The notes beneath the pieces are model-generated. The model made no database searches. It saw only the letters and a list, made by a program, of their open reading frames with translations, and had not been told where the DNA came from. DNA of 64,000 nt from Raillietiella orientalis (lineage: Eukaryota): assembly GCA_036172245.1 (NCBI GenBank), contig JAYWIR010000011.1, positions 1,860,001-1,924,000 on the forward strand, written 5' to 3'. The position numbers and the translations under genes are program-made. Of this stretch, positions 13,137 through 25,819 are shown in pieces. Each line of letters opens with the position of its first letter. Position 1 is the first letter of the stretch.

Positions 13137-14100
13137 GATGCTCCGGAGACGTAAGAATGGGGGGGATTAAAGGATCCGAAGTATCGCTGCTGCTGCTGCT
13201 GCTGCTGGGAGATGGCGAGGAAAATCGCAGTTTCTTCGGAAATCGCCTTCTTCCAGAGTGCGCATATTCCACGGGCTGGGGGGACGGGGGGGGGGGGGGG
13301 TGTTCCGGGACTTTTCGTACTTTGTTTGCCTCTTCGGCATGATGATGTACATGCCGTTCGATCCACTCTTCCCGCTACGGGGATCAGCCGGACGGCGGCG
13401 ATACGCAGATCCCGCGTTCCGTATCCGTACGCGGCCTCGGCGATGTCAGCCATTTGTGAGGACTCTCTCGCCGTATCCGTAACGCCTTCCCTCCTCCTTC
13501 GGAAGTCGCGAGAAGGAACTCGTGGAAAAGCTCCTCCCCTCCCCCCCCCCCCCGTCCCTACCCGACCCGCAAGGCCAAGTCGTCCAAGCAGGAGATGCCG
13601 CCGTGAATCCGATCCTCCGCGCCCGGTCCGTTTCCTAGCGCAGCTTCAGGTATGCTTTCCTGCCTCATTTTCGCGTGCGCTCGGCCTCCCTCCCTCCCCG
13701 CCGCTGCTCCTCTCCGCTTCCCCCCCCCCCCCCTTCCTTCCTTCCTTCAAATCTTCGCATCCTGGCAGCTCTGCGGAATGCACACTCCGAATGGTCGCGT
13801 CCGCGGGGCTCCGCGTCCGAACGGCTGCAAAGTGCCGTCGCCACAACGCGCCTACGCGATCTGATTTTTGATCGGATCCCTTGCGAAGAATCGATTCGAC
13901 GTTTGCGGATCGGCCTCGCTCTGCCCCCTCCCCCCCCCCCCCCCCTTCCCCGCTGCCCTTTTGCCGTGTGTGCCCCTTCCACCGCCGACGCTACGAGCGA
14001 TGGTTCCCACCCGACGTGTCCCCCCGGGTGCCCTCCAGCCCGTAACAGCCTCGTGCGTTCCTCTCCCTCCTCCACGTCTCCCTCCCGACCCATCCCACCA
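10200..14100 (+). mobile_element. Decayed, near full-length Ty3/Gypsy gag-pol relic, antisense within the large intron
   Basis: Remnants in order: ICYWCF (gag knuckle, ~10220); GSIRNARFRIHFRPE and RQLHATISPVPVLQPSHSKISG (RT N-term, 11070-11550); HTDTHELHTY and VPIASTSP (RT, ~11640-11720); AERTFHARTSLGK (RNase H, ~12740); GISRTAAIRRSRVPYP (integrase Zn finger, ~13380); NAHSEW and TRLRDLIFDRI (~DAHSKW...LRELFARFG, ~13780-13880); SHPTCPPGCPPARNSL (~HIRSAPYHPASNGL, ~14010). Interrupted by G/C runs and microsatellites. Confidence 0.55.
13095..13133. repeat. (TA)n followed by (TAA)n microsatellite
   Basis: Direct reading of the sequence. Confidence 0.9.
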
Positions 14101-14531
14101 CGGCCCGTCGCCGGGAGCAGACCGGAAGCGACTGACACCCCCCCCCCCCCACACACACCCGCAGCGGGAGAAAAGTACTTCCTTCGTGGCGTGTGCGTGC
14201 GTGCGTGCGTGCGTGCGTGTAGCAGGAATACACGAAGGTAAGCCGGGAATTGCCGTGATTGATCACGTGACGACGAGTGTTCCGCGGCGCCCGAGCTGCT
14301 GTGTCGCCTGGCTGCAGATCGGCGGGGCGTTCGCATCTTTCCAATTGAAGCTCCACTGCATCGGCAGCAACGTGTCCACGGCAGCGCGATACCGAGATGG
14401 GGAGGGAGGGGGCGGGGGGGGGGGGGGGGAAGATGAGAAAAGGAAGGAATGCTCCACGAGATGATTGAAATCTCCAGCAGCACGAGCGAGAGAAACCGCC
14501 GTTCACTTGGTGAGGGCGTGCGCTCCAAACA

Positions 14532-14560
14532 AAGAAGAAGAAGAAGAAGAAGAAGAAGAA
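14532..14560. repeat. (AAG)n microsatellite
   Basis: Direct reading of the sequence. Confidence 0.9.
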
Positions 14561-14990
14561 AAGAAGCGAAGCGACTCTTTTTTTCTTTTTTGCTTTGTGT
14601 GATACCCAATTTCACAACGAAGCCTTTTCCCTTTGGCTTCGGGTCACGACTGACCGTCACGGGTTGGTTAGGAAGCGTGCCGTTCTGACTATTCGTCGGT
14701 CCTCTCTTTGCGCTCTTCCTTCCTCCTTCCTTTCCCCCCTTCCCTTCCCCTTCTTCGCGCGCGCCGGTCCCCCCCCCCCCCCCCATCTGAGCCTCCGATC
14801 TCACTTGAGGAGCCAAATTATCAGCTCTCAAAGTTCGGTTATTATCATCACGGAACTGTAAAATATCACCAAGGAGAGAAGCGGAATAATCTTCCGAGAT
14901 TACGGGGGACCTCTCGATTCGAATTCCCCGTTTTTATCTGCCACTAAAAGGGGGATCAAAGAGACCTTCAGCGAACAGCAGCCGCGGAAC

Positions 14991-15048
14991 ACGCGTGCCC
15001 GCCCGCCCGCCCGCCCGCCCGCGCGCGCGCGTGCGTGCGTGCGTGTGT
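14991..15048. repeat. Compound (GCCC)n-(GC)n-(GCGT)n repeat, ending in an alternating purine-pyrimidine tract
   Basis: Direct reading. Similar (GC)n or (CGTG)n tracts occur at ~14190-14220 and ~17373-17405. Confidence 0.85.
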
Positions 15049-15049
15049 T

Positions 15050-16480
15050 TCCGAATTTTCGAGAGCACTTGGCAGGAGGAAACGGCGGCATCTTTCCAAG
15101 GATTCCATGACGCCAACTCTGCGCACCGTGCGGTGGCCGTTGGGAAAGTTCAGCCCCCCCTCCGAGGTGCGGAAAGGTGGTCGGCTTTCGTGGAAACGTG
15201 CGAGGAATATGTGTACCTTCGGGACGCTACTGTACACTCGTGTTTGTAGCGAAGGTCATGTCGCCTCACTTATTGGGCTTCTACCACAACGGTCCTCCAG
15301 CTGTACGCCTCCATCATCTCATGGGTTATCCTTTCCCCCTCCCCCCCCCTTTTTCCTTTTACCTCTTGTACGTACGTTGTGTGTGTGTGTGTTTTGGGGT
15401 GAGGAATGGAAAAGGAAACGCACCCTTCCGATTCGGAAATGCCACGCGCGCGCGCGCCTTGCGGTCGTCGTCAGTTTTGATTGCTCGCCAATCGTTCAAA
15501 CAAAGTCGCACTCTTCAGCAACCGCGAATGATAGCTTTTTTTTTTTTTTTTTTTTTTTCTCCCCGTGGTGACCACGCCGGGTCCTCCGCAGCCCAGGGTG
15601 GTGCGGTGGTTACGAAAAGAGCGAGCTGCCCGCGAGTGGTCCGCAGTGGTTCCGCACCGTTTCACTTACAGCAGGCGGAGAGGGCAACTCGCTTTCGTTT
15701 TTTCCGGACAGTGGTGCTCGCGGGCACGCCACCAGGTGGTCCGGGAAGCTGCTTCGGAGCCGGGCTCGGAACGGGGATGCGGCGTGAGGTAGCCCATAGC
15801 AACGCGGATGCGCTCCGACGGAAGAACGAGTCCTCGCAAGTATTGCGAGTCTTCCTGCGACCATCCCTTCGACCATCCCCGTGGCTGCCCTTAATGGATG
15901 CGACCGGTGGATTCTTACACCCGACTTCCCGCGATCGATCTTTGCTAGCATCCAGCTTTGTCTGGGGGGATGGATAGGCTCGCTCGGCGGCGGCGGCGGC
16001 GGCGGCGGCGGCGGGGAGGGGTGCGGAATCATCCCGCCGCATGAGATCGCCGCCTCCCTGTTCTCCTGCAGGAGACTTCAAACAGCCCCGCGTTCGCGTC
16101 CGAGTCGCAGAGGACGTTGGAAAAGTCCGCCGGGGAGTCGCGAGGGAACACGGAATTCGCGCACCGTCGGCAGCTGCGAGGCTGATTGACGTGCGTAATG
16201 GCTGCCTTTTCATTCCAGGTCGAGGCACGCAGGAAGTGCACACCGTGCACACCTCGGTCGAGGAGGGAACCCGCTGCACTTGCCGACACCGTCGAGGCGC
16301 GCGACCCTCGCCTGCGTGAGAAGAACTGTAAGTTCCGAAAACTTCGGCCGTTTCGGACCTTCCGTGAGACCTTCAGCCGCGCTTCCGCGGTCCGCTCCGC
16401 TTCGTGGCCGCGTCCGACCGACCACAAAGCCCTTTGTACCACCGCCGACGACGCCAGGAAGTTGGCCACGGTCGCTGGTC
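15050..16480 (+). mobile_element. Second decayed Ty3/Gypsy pol relic (RT, RNase H, start of integrase)
   Basis: TAASFQ (~APATFQ), VTKR/ELPAS (~VTRRELLAVV), ATRWSGKL (~ARWLEKL), HSNADALRR (~HANADALSR, ~15795), IDVRNGCL. Confidence 0.45.
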
Positions 16481-16494
16481 GCGAGCGTCTGCCG

Positions 16495-16533
<39 letters not shown>

Positions 16534-18299
16534 CGAGGATCGGAAAACGCGGGTGCGAATAGGCGGCGGTCGTCACCGCTGGGGGGGTTGGGGTGAGGGG
16601 GAGGGAGGGAGGGCGTTGTTGTTGTTTTGAAGGGGGGAGGGGGGCAGCGCGGTTTGTCCCCCCGCGCATGCGTCGAAAAAATATTGAATTGGGAGCAGCA
16701 GAGAAGAGTCATTCTCTGCTGCCGTTCAACGGAGAAGAGCCGCCGAAGAGCAGAGCGACTGTAATGTAATGTACTATAACGGCAAGTACGAAAGTGTGCG
16801 CCCTTTTCCACTTTCGAAAAAAAAAAAAAAAAACAGCAGAGGTGGGTGGGTGGTTGGGTGGGGGAGTGGGGAGGGAACGACGATGCCTCAGATCGTGATT
16901 TCTCGCGATTACATACGGAATGTACTCGACCGCTGTGACTTTTCTCGACTGAGGGAGTGGTCCCGGATGAAGTTCGGCAGGCTTCCCCGCCGTGCATCCG
17001 GTGATTCGGGAAGGAAGCAACAGGAGGGGCAGCAGCAACTTCGAGGTCCTCCAAGGGCGCGGAATTCTTCTGCCGCTGCTTCCGAGGAGTTGCCGCAGAA
17101 TCCCAAGACGCGCTCCTTTTCCCCTTTCCCTTTCCTGCTCGTTTGTTTTTACCTATTTGTTCTTTCGTCCCGTTTTCCCCGCGCCGCGTTCGCTTGAAAA
17201 CGAAGGAGTGCGGGAAGGGAATGCGGTTGGAGTCCCGACGAGGCTTCTTCGGAAGGAAAACAAGGGAACGGCCTCCTCAGACGGAGAGAAAGGAAGCAAT
17301 ACAGAGCGTTGGATGGCGAAACGGTGAAGAAAGCAATTGCAAGAGTCGAGCACATATGCCTTTCCGGATCTGACACGCACGCACGCACGCACGCGCGCGC
17401 GCGCGGGTGCAGAGGATATGCTAAACCTTTGCTGATACTTAGCCGAGCATGCGTAGTAATCGGTCGCCAAGAACGTGTGCTGATCGTCGCAGTGCCGTGC
17501 CATCCATCGTGTCCACCAATCAAATTGATCTCTTGTTTTGCTCTTTCCTGTGCTCTTTCCGCTCGATTTATGATGTGTCATCATTGGTCGCAGTTCCCAT
17601 CATTTTTTTTTTTTTTTTCTTTTTTTTTGTTCCCTTGACGGATTTCATTTTCCGGGCGCGGTATCAACGTCTGCCGTGCAAGAGGCTCGCAATACCGTTG
17701 GGTACTGGGGAGGTCTTCCGCGCCCACTTTCACCCTCCCCCCCCCCACACACGCACACGCACACGCACACTCCCGTTAGCTTGCATTCCGTTTCTGTTTA
17801 CCTTCCGTGCGGAGCTCTTCCGGCAAAAGTCCCCGGGCCGGCATGCGGGCTCCCCGTGGAACACGGTATCCCGAGGTCAGCGTGCGTGTCGGTCCGGCTG
17901 CGGTCGGGCGCCTCCGTGGGTCGCCCGCCGCCAGCCGCCCGCCCCGTCCGTGTTGTCTTCGGCGGTACCGCGGTGACACGACCGCGGCCGCCGCCGCCGC
18001 CGCCGCTTCCGATGGGGGGAAGCCCTCGATTGCGGGAATCGAAAAACCCGAAACCGGCTCGCCTCCCCTAGGCGGCGATAATAGAGGTTCCCCGCATTCT
18101 CTCTTCTTCTTCTTCTTCAGATCGATGGAACGCGCACTTTGCTTAGCATTGCATTTTAATCGAAACTTCGCGTCCTTTTCCCATCTCTTCCATCGGAACC
18201 CGCGAACGATCTCGCACTCACTTATAGATGACGGCTGTTCATTTCGGTTCTCATCCCCGGCCTTTCTAAAGCATGTGACGTATTGATCATGGGGAGATC

Positions 18300-21200
18300 A
18301 TCTATTGATCCCGTGCTTGGATCATTTGATTCGTATTTTTCGAGTGTGTAATTTTTACCCTCGGCTTGCCTGCTCCATGGAAACACCGAAAGCCCACAGA
18401 TCGTCCTGCCCTCTCTCCAGCTGCATTTTGGGCGATTAAGGGTATGTAAACTATGCATCAGTATTTAATGTGTTCGACTTTCCTTTTGGTTTTTGATTCT
18501 CGGCTCTCCTCCTTTCCCGGTGTTCGTGACTTTGCGTAGGTCGTGGAGGGAGGAACGGACAGGAAAACGCCTACCAGTGGGTCATCTAGTAAATGTCCTT
18601 TTGCACTCATCACGAATTTCAAATCAGAATCCAAAAATCTACGGAGCGTTTTTACGTCTTGTCGTTCGAACATGGGGCGCCGAATTCACGTGAATGGATG
18701 ATGAAAGGTCACCATCATCCAATTGTGATTCGAAATGTGTTGACGTGTCGGTAAGAAACTCCGGTTCGACACGCATCGCCGACGAATCTGTGTTTCCCGG
18801 GCATGGCAACGTGACAGCTCCTAGGTGAGGGCACGTGTGACGGTTGGGCACTGAACGAGCCCGTTCGCCCTGAGCAGAAAAATTTCAGTTGACCTCTCAT
18901 GGGTCACTTTGTGTGCTTCGGCTTAGTCCAGAGCGAGATCAGCCGCTCGTGCACCATCCGCCGCCCCGAGCATTCTTTCCTCTTTGTCTCCGACTCGCTC
19001 GACTTCGGAACTTTAGGTGCTTCGGCTGGACGCCCGTCCAGCTCCTTCCCTTCGTGTACCACCAATTATGGAAATTCCTTACGAAACCGATGAAAGCCCA
19101 TCTGTCTGATTTCGTCAAGACGGGTCTGCCCTAGTCGCACGCTTTCCATGCACCACCACTTTCCAAGTTCTCCGGGATGAGTCCTCGTTCCAAGATGGCG
19201 GCGTCTTTGCGCACGTTTGGTGCATACCGTCGATGCTGCGGTGGCTGATCTCGAATTCGTGCCGTCAGCCTTTTTTCGCTTCCTTATTCCTGCGGTTGCA
19301 GATCAACCCGGAACGTCCCTTTATTCTATGGTTTCTCTAGAATGTTCACCGTAATTGCCAGGCTCCAGTTCCTCTTCCCTCTTTGAACTCTCCTTCCTGT
19401 TAGTAAAAATGGCTCAGGGATAAAACACGCCGTCCTTAAATTCATACCGAACCACTGTACATTTGCCAAGGTGCGACTCCTGGGAAGAACTCTTTTTGTC
19501 CGTATTCAGGAGATGCAAGCGCACATGGTCAGGGCGGAACAAGTCCATACCAGGAAACGAATGCGAGCGAAAGGTCAAAGTTTCGCGAATCGCTTGCCTG
19601 CCCGTCTGTATACGTACACACGAAGCACGGAACCCCTCCCCCCCCCCCATGTAAAAATCCCGAGTCCCTGAATGTCGTCTGTAGCTGTAACAAATTGATG
19701 ACGCTGTTACGTGCGCAAAATTAGGAGTTTCCGTTGCATTTAGGAAACTGCTTGCATCTAAGGACAACTAAGGACAGGAGCGTTTTCATGAAGACAGCTC
19801 GGCACAGAAATGGGGTTCGGGGGGGGGTGGCAGAAACGCGCCGAGTTCGAAATTCGCAAGCGGCTCGTATCTTCCGCCACGTGGTCACGTAATCGCGCCA
19901 TCGCTTTGCAGTGGCTGTTCCGGACCTCCAGAGGAAGGCGGCGCCTGGCGCCTGCTTCCTCCTCCTTCCGATGCTTTCGCTTTCGTAGTAAAGCTGCATC
20001 TATAATGGCGAGGACCGCTTTTTCGTCTTTTTTTTTTTTTTTTTACCTTTTCCGGGAACTTGAGCGCAAACCGTGGATTTTTTCACGGACGGGTTTGCTG
20101 CTTCATCTGGGTTCGCTCCTACTGGACAAAACTGCTTCTTTGCTTCTCATCCGAAAGATGCATCCACTCGGCCAGATCAAATACATCCGAGTGCGGTTCC
20201 AGGGAAGCGAACCCCAAAGAGCTTTATGGTGCATTCCGATCAGAATCTTTGATTCGTAATCAGTAGCTAAGCGTCTTATTCGTATTTTTTCCTTTTTGTT
20301 CTTATTCACCTCTTCAGGTTCGAAACTTCGGGATGCACTTTGGCAGTGCAGTGCATGCATCCATGTTTTTTTTTAGAAATCTGGTCACAAGCTGTGATCT
20401 CATCCCTGTTCGCCGCTTTCGGAAATGCCTTCCAGGAATTTCGTCCCATTCGGCAAGCCTGACTTTGCCTGCCCCCTTCGGTGCGAGGCGTGGTTCGAAC
20501 TCCCTCGTGTTCCAGATGATGACACCCGTGGTCAGCGCTTTCGCCCACGACTGTCATGAACAGCCCTGCTTCTTAGCTTCGGGCGCTCCCGCCCCTTTGC
20601 AAACCATTAGCTACGATGAGCCGCAAAGTGGTCTTATAGCCGCTTATAGCTGCTTTAAACGATCGATTCCAAGAACGGATAGTGAACCGAAATCACTCGA
20701 AGCACTCTCAAGTATGAAAGAGTTCCTCAGTCCTCCTCTTCGCCCTGCACCTTCGTTGCTCGCGCTCGGATTCTTCCTCACCAACGTTACGGCCGTCCGA
20801 GCCACGGTAGACACGCAGGTCATGACGGTTCCCGACGAAAAGTCGAACGGGAAGGTGGCTTCCTCCTTCACACGCTGGAATGGTGAAATCGCCTTTGGAT
20901 TTCGGTGTACGGTCTTAGCAGGCAGAGATTTGCCGATTTGCGTATAATCAGTCTTCAGAGGTGGACGCGGGTGCTCCCATCCGCCGTGTTCTTCGACTCG
21001 AACTGTCCCAACTGTTTTGTGATTTCCGAAATGTGCACCATCATTTTCGCCGGAGCTCCTTGGTGGGAAATTCCCTCAACACAAGCAACGCGCAGACTCT
21101 GACCAACTTTTCTTCTTCCTTTTTTTTTTTTTAATAGCAAGGCATTAAAAGGAAACGATAGGATAACAGTGGCGGCGCATTAGCATCCTTGTTTGTGCAC

Positions 21201-22100
21201 GTGTTTAGAAGTTACCGGAGAGGCTTGAAAGAGACACGACTGGCGCAGAATAATGACGTTCCTTGGGTTCTGCAACGCAGAGAAAGGGAGATGGAGCGTT
21301 CGGTTTCCGATCCATATCGTGTCCTAAGAAGTAAGTTGTCGGGTTACGGTTGGCAAGGAAGAGCCCTGCCGGAGAGGGGTCTTTCACCGGAACCAAGGCA
21401 GCAAGATTGAAACTTCAACGATCTGCGGGGCGAAGTGCCGGGAAAAGGATCAGGATCATGTTGGTTTTCATCTCAGGGAAGACATGAGGGACAAGAAGGG
21501 GCAGAAAACGAGCAACCTGCCCTAATGCGAGCTGCATCAAGAGTGCGCCAACCAGAGTGTACGAGCGGAACCACGACGAACACCGACCAAGGCGTGACGT
21601 AACGTCCCTCATCGGAGCAGCGGGAAGCAAAGCGGTGGCACGTCGTTCGCATCCGCACTTTCGCAGCATCATTCGCGAGAAAGGAGCAGATGTTAGAAGG
21701 AGTGCCTAAAGGACAGATGCGGAAGCAGCGAACTTCAACATCTAAAAGAATGAACGATGCTTTTCCGGTGTTCGCACAAGGCCAATCGTGTAAGCGCTCT
21801 TCAAGGGAAAAGCAGCTTCCGAGTACAAAGTTCGAGTGAAGTCCGAGTTTCCGAAGTGATCCAAGGTCGCAGGATCACATGGAGGTCGTCCAGAATCGGG
21901 AAACAGGGATTGAAAACCGAAAAGTTTCCGAAACCGAGCAGTTGACACCGCCCTGTCGCCAGCGATCGAGGAGTTCGATTCTGAGGTGTTGTGGTGTTGC
22001 GGCGCACACCGCTTCCCTCACGAGACGAACACAGACTGGTGTCCAGCAGAGCAGGAGCCCCCTCTCCCGAAAGCATCCAACGGATGGAGACATGACGAAC
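18300..22100 (-). mobile_element. Decayed Ty3/Gypsy relic (weak gag, RT, RNase H, integrase), same orientation as the host gene
   Basis: ADGSTRV..DY, FDFSSG and NSFILESASSDF (~RLPFGLSSASEIF; RT, 20650-21000); APVL, LDASS, ICYSYRRHS and VRYEF..VFYP (RNase H, ORF 19414..19767); RSCHVAMPG and SSIHVNSAP (~RSYVWWPG, SRIHVDFAGP; integrase, 18670-18830). Confidence 0.6.
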
Positions 22101-23249
22101 ACGGAGAGGAGAAACCTTCTTCTTTTTTTTTTTTTTCCACACCCTTCCTCGCTTCCGTGTTTTCGCCTCTGCATTTCCACCTTCTTCCTCTTTTTTTCCC
22201 CCTCCGCTTCTCCTTCTGCTATCCCGGTTCCCCTGCGGAGATCTCCGCGTGGTCACCTCGCGAACCCGTAACTTTTCAACGTCTCGAAAGACGGTAGCAT
22301 ATGTACTTACGTGCCGAGGGAAGATGGCTCCGTACCACCTGTGTGACCCGCGCGGAGGCGTTTTCCTCGAAACGGCGCAACGGAGGGCAGGCGATTTCTC
22401 AGCCAACGAGGCGCGCGCGCCCCTACCGGTGGTTGGTGGCGTTCGCATGCGGAGTCGAAAAGCCGAAAATGTTGCCAGAGCACGGCGTGAATTTCTGCTC
22501 CCCCCCCCCCCCCCGGGGGGGAAGACATTTTGTGACACGAAATTCGAAGCGTGGAGGACGATGATGTCTCGGCAAGCAGCTGCGTGTCGGAATTCATCTT
22601 GACGAATGGTCGGAACGAGTCGGATGACCGGAATCGCGGGAAGAATTCAGATTATCCGGCATTTCGAATTTTTGCTTAGGACAAGGCATAAAATAGCATA
22701 TCGTGGGATGGAAGGATCGCATGATTTGAAGAAGAAGAAGAAGAAGAAAAAAAAAAACATTGGTAGAACAAAGCGAACCGAGAAACAACACCACGACACA
22801 GATCTAAAGATCCGAAAACGTTTTGCATTTGCATACCTCCTATGTTTGCATTTTTCTTCGAAGTGCAAGGTTGCAGTTTGCATAAGATCCTGATTTCTGC
22901 AAATGCGAAGACGAGCAAAGTATGCAAAAGGGTGCCCCACTTTGGCACTGCCTGTATTTTACGTACAAGGTTTTTTTTAGAACGTTTTCGGATGCTGCAA
23001 AAAACGAAGCTACTCCGTCTGATATCGAAACGAGGAACAACAGCAAATGGAAAGTGAGCTGACGCTCTACAAAATAATGACAGTAATTTGCACCGCTGTT
23101 GATGACCATCCATAACTGGGCGCCGCCGATGTGTAGAATTACAGTTTGCACGCGCTCGTGCTTCCATTTATCTGCGTACTCTCGGCCATCAGAAATGCAG
23201 TTTTTTTTTTGCTGTACACCGCTCCGACGGGGTGTACTGCGTTGGGTTC

Positions 23250-24300
23250 GAGTCCAAAAGCATGAAACAGTCTGTTCGCATTACCACGCCGGCCGCTGTC
23301 GTTCGTCTGACGTTGCTCTTGCCACGAGAATGTACTTCATTGTGTACCATTCATTGTTCTTGAGCACGCCCAAAGTACACACACCGAACGTTCGTTCGAC
23401 GCACTCATTCTGTACGCACCCTCCGACAAACTCTTTGAGCACCGACACCCCGGGTGTACCCCTCCGAAGAGGCTCAGGTCCCGGCGGATATTCACGTGCT
23501 GTAAACTCCCCCCCCCCCCCCCCCCCGAGTTTTCTGGTTGCAAAATTCATCAAGGGAAAAAAAAAATTGGATGCAAAAGATTTCGATCGCAGAACGGATT
23601 CAAAAGGATTGGTCTTTCCCTTTGCGTAGAATCCGAGAATGCTGAATGAATAACATTATATCGAATAGCACACCTTTTTTTTTTCTAATGAAAACGAAAT
23701 CGGAGGTGTTTATAAAAATAAAAAAAAAAAAATTCTTGCCAGTAGTACACAAAATTCACTGAAGTTTCTGAAGTATTTCGGGTAGGTTGCAGATGTTTGT
23801 TCAACTAAGGTAAGACGTACGTAAGAGAAAGGGGGAAGGGGGGGGGGGGCAGCTCAGGACTGGAAGGGTTTACGTTAAGGATCATACGGCGCACATACAC
23901 ACACACTCGTACAAAAAGTACAGAAAACGCATTGGTGTAAATGGGAACGGTGCCGTAAACTTACAAAACCGTACTGGCGCGCAATCCGAAGTTGTGTACA
24001 ATGGATCTGACGTGTTTCACGAAACCTACGATGCCGGACCGTGCACAGACGGTTGTACAGACGTGTACGGCGTTGCCTGTGAGACGTGCGCGCAAACTTT
24101 TTCCTGAACGTTTCGTCACACTTTGCGATCGGATCGCGAAACAGTCCGCCACGGCAGTGAGCCCTTCTCTTCCACGAGGGGGTCCTGGAAAACGTCCTCA
24201 GGCTCGTACACACACACCCTGCAGGCATCGTACGCGCGCCGGAGCCCATCCGCGAGATGCGTTGCTGCCGTTGTTAGGCGTACATTCCGATCCCCCCACA
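23250..24300 (-). mobile_element. Possible further Gypsy RT remnant
   Basis: RRDLSLFGG..KSLSE..VLW is a weak match to KELRSFLG..PNLS..W. Few anchors. Confidence 0.25.
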
Positions 24301-24488
24301 CCGTCGACCTTCACACCCCGAGACGGTCGGAAACACCGGCACACCACAGGGGGCAGAAGACTGCGGCGGACACCGCAGACGCCTATTCCTAACGAACACA
24401 ACGACTCACTGACGCGCTCGGAAAGTGAAGGTCACCGAGTAACGGTTGCCATTCTCTCTCCGTACACATTCGGATCTCTTCGAACGAA

Positions 24489-24570
24489 AGAGAGAGAGAG
24501 AGAGAGAGAGAGAAAGAATTCCATCCACAGATTCCGCGCAGCTCCACACACACACACACACACACACACG
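24489..24570. repeat. (GA)n and (CA)n microsatellites near the 5' end of the large intron
   Basis: Direct reading of the sequence. Confidence 0.9.
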
Positions 24571-24680
24571 TGGAGGGGAGGGGGAGGGGAGGGGAAGAGG
24601 GGCGCGCGCGCATCATTTCACCGGACACCGGTCAGCTCGTCCCGAAAAGACCGCATCCACCAAAGTAGGAAGATCCTTAC

Positions 24681-25117
24681 ACTTCAATATCGTGATAATC
24701 GCAGCATATGGTTTCGAAAAAGCTGCTGACTTCCGGCAGCATCCAGGGCTCGGCAGAGAGTCTCGTTCGAACCTGAGCCTGGTAGTCTATTCTGAATACA
24801 AACTGTCCGAAGAGTTTCGAGTTCCGCGCCACGCTCTTCAGCCGGCAATGCAAGGCCGCCAAAGAGTCGAGCACGGTGACCCTTTCACGGGCCCGATCGA
24901 TGCGATCGAATTTCACCCACAACTCCTGACTGCGGACGTGATAGGCATCCACAGGTTTTCCTACCCAAATGGGGTCAGCAAACGCAGCCACGTGGTGAAG
25001 TGCAGCATCGATAGGATCGTCCAAATCTAACTTCATCGCATAAAAATGAATATACCGAGGCAAAATCTGGCCTTTCATTAAACAATTTGGAACGCTAAGA
25101 ACTTGCGCAGAACACAT
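24681..25117 (-). CDS. Candidate exon A of the uncharacterised gene (…DLDDPIDAALHH…ETICCDYHDIEV)
   Basis: 145-codon ORF with protein-like composition, ending at the strong donor GAAGT|gtaagg. Phase 2 matches the exon B acceptor (GT|G=Val), implying an intron of about 16.2 kb. The start is uncertain: ATG at 25117, a downstream ATG, or an acceptor at 25027. Confidence 0.55.
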
Positions 25118-25819
25118 GCGCAATTCATTTTTTTATTGTAAACAAACCTTTTTATAAAGTAATAAACCATTTTTTTTACAAACAAACATGTACACGTATT
25201 TCACCAGAGGCGGAAATAATTGTTGGCATTCTAAAATAACTCTATGGGGGGGTCGGGAGGGGAGGGGGGGGGCAGGGGGGAGGGACGATTTGCCGCTGGA
25301 CCATGATTATCGCTATACTATCACAGTTGGATCAGCCGTCTGGATAGGAAACACGCGTACGTGAAGTTTTATATGACTGGAATAGTCTTTGTCTAAAATA
25401 TGTCATGTTATGCAGGAAAAAAAACGATATTGCAGTACTCGAGTTCTTCGATCCGTTTAGGAACATTGAAAACCTTTTCAAGGCTCACTTTTCCACTTGA
25501 ATGTAGGGCATGCCAATTGATGCACTTCGGTAACTTCTGCTTGCCTTTGGTGGTGCGCCCGTGCTGGGGGCACAAGGGTGCAACACCTTTTTGACAGTGT
25601 CACATTATTAACACTCATTCGTAGTACGAATCGACACGGGCCGAACCGAAGGTTTCATCGGGTTTCACCCCACACCATCAGCACTGAGATGAAATCATTG
25701 CATAAACTGACAAGACTTCTCATCGATTTAATTTCATTTATCAAAATACTCTGCACTTCCACAGTACGAACTTGCTTGATGTTTCACCATCCAATACGAT
25801 CATTTAGGAGGCATTCTTA

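Noticed and set aside
16497..16531. About 35-nt poly(A) run as a retroposon tail (also the T-run at ~2473-2492)
   Set aside because: No target-site duplication or SINE/LINE body was seen, and homopolymer runs are common throughout the window.
5467..17200. Dozens of overlapping 100-630-aa ORFs rich in Arg/Gly/Pro/Ala
   Set aside because: They are expected from high GC and simple repeats. Only the spliced exons B-D and the transposon remnants show protein-like signal.
20333..20947. 204-aa + strand ORF as a nested intronic gene
   Set aside because: It lies antisense to the Gypsy RT remnant and resembles no recognisable product.
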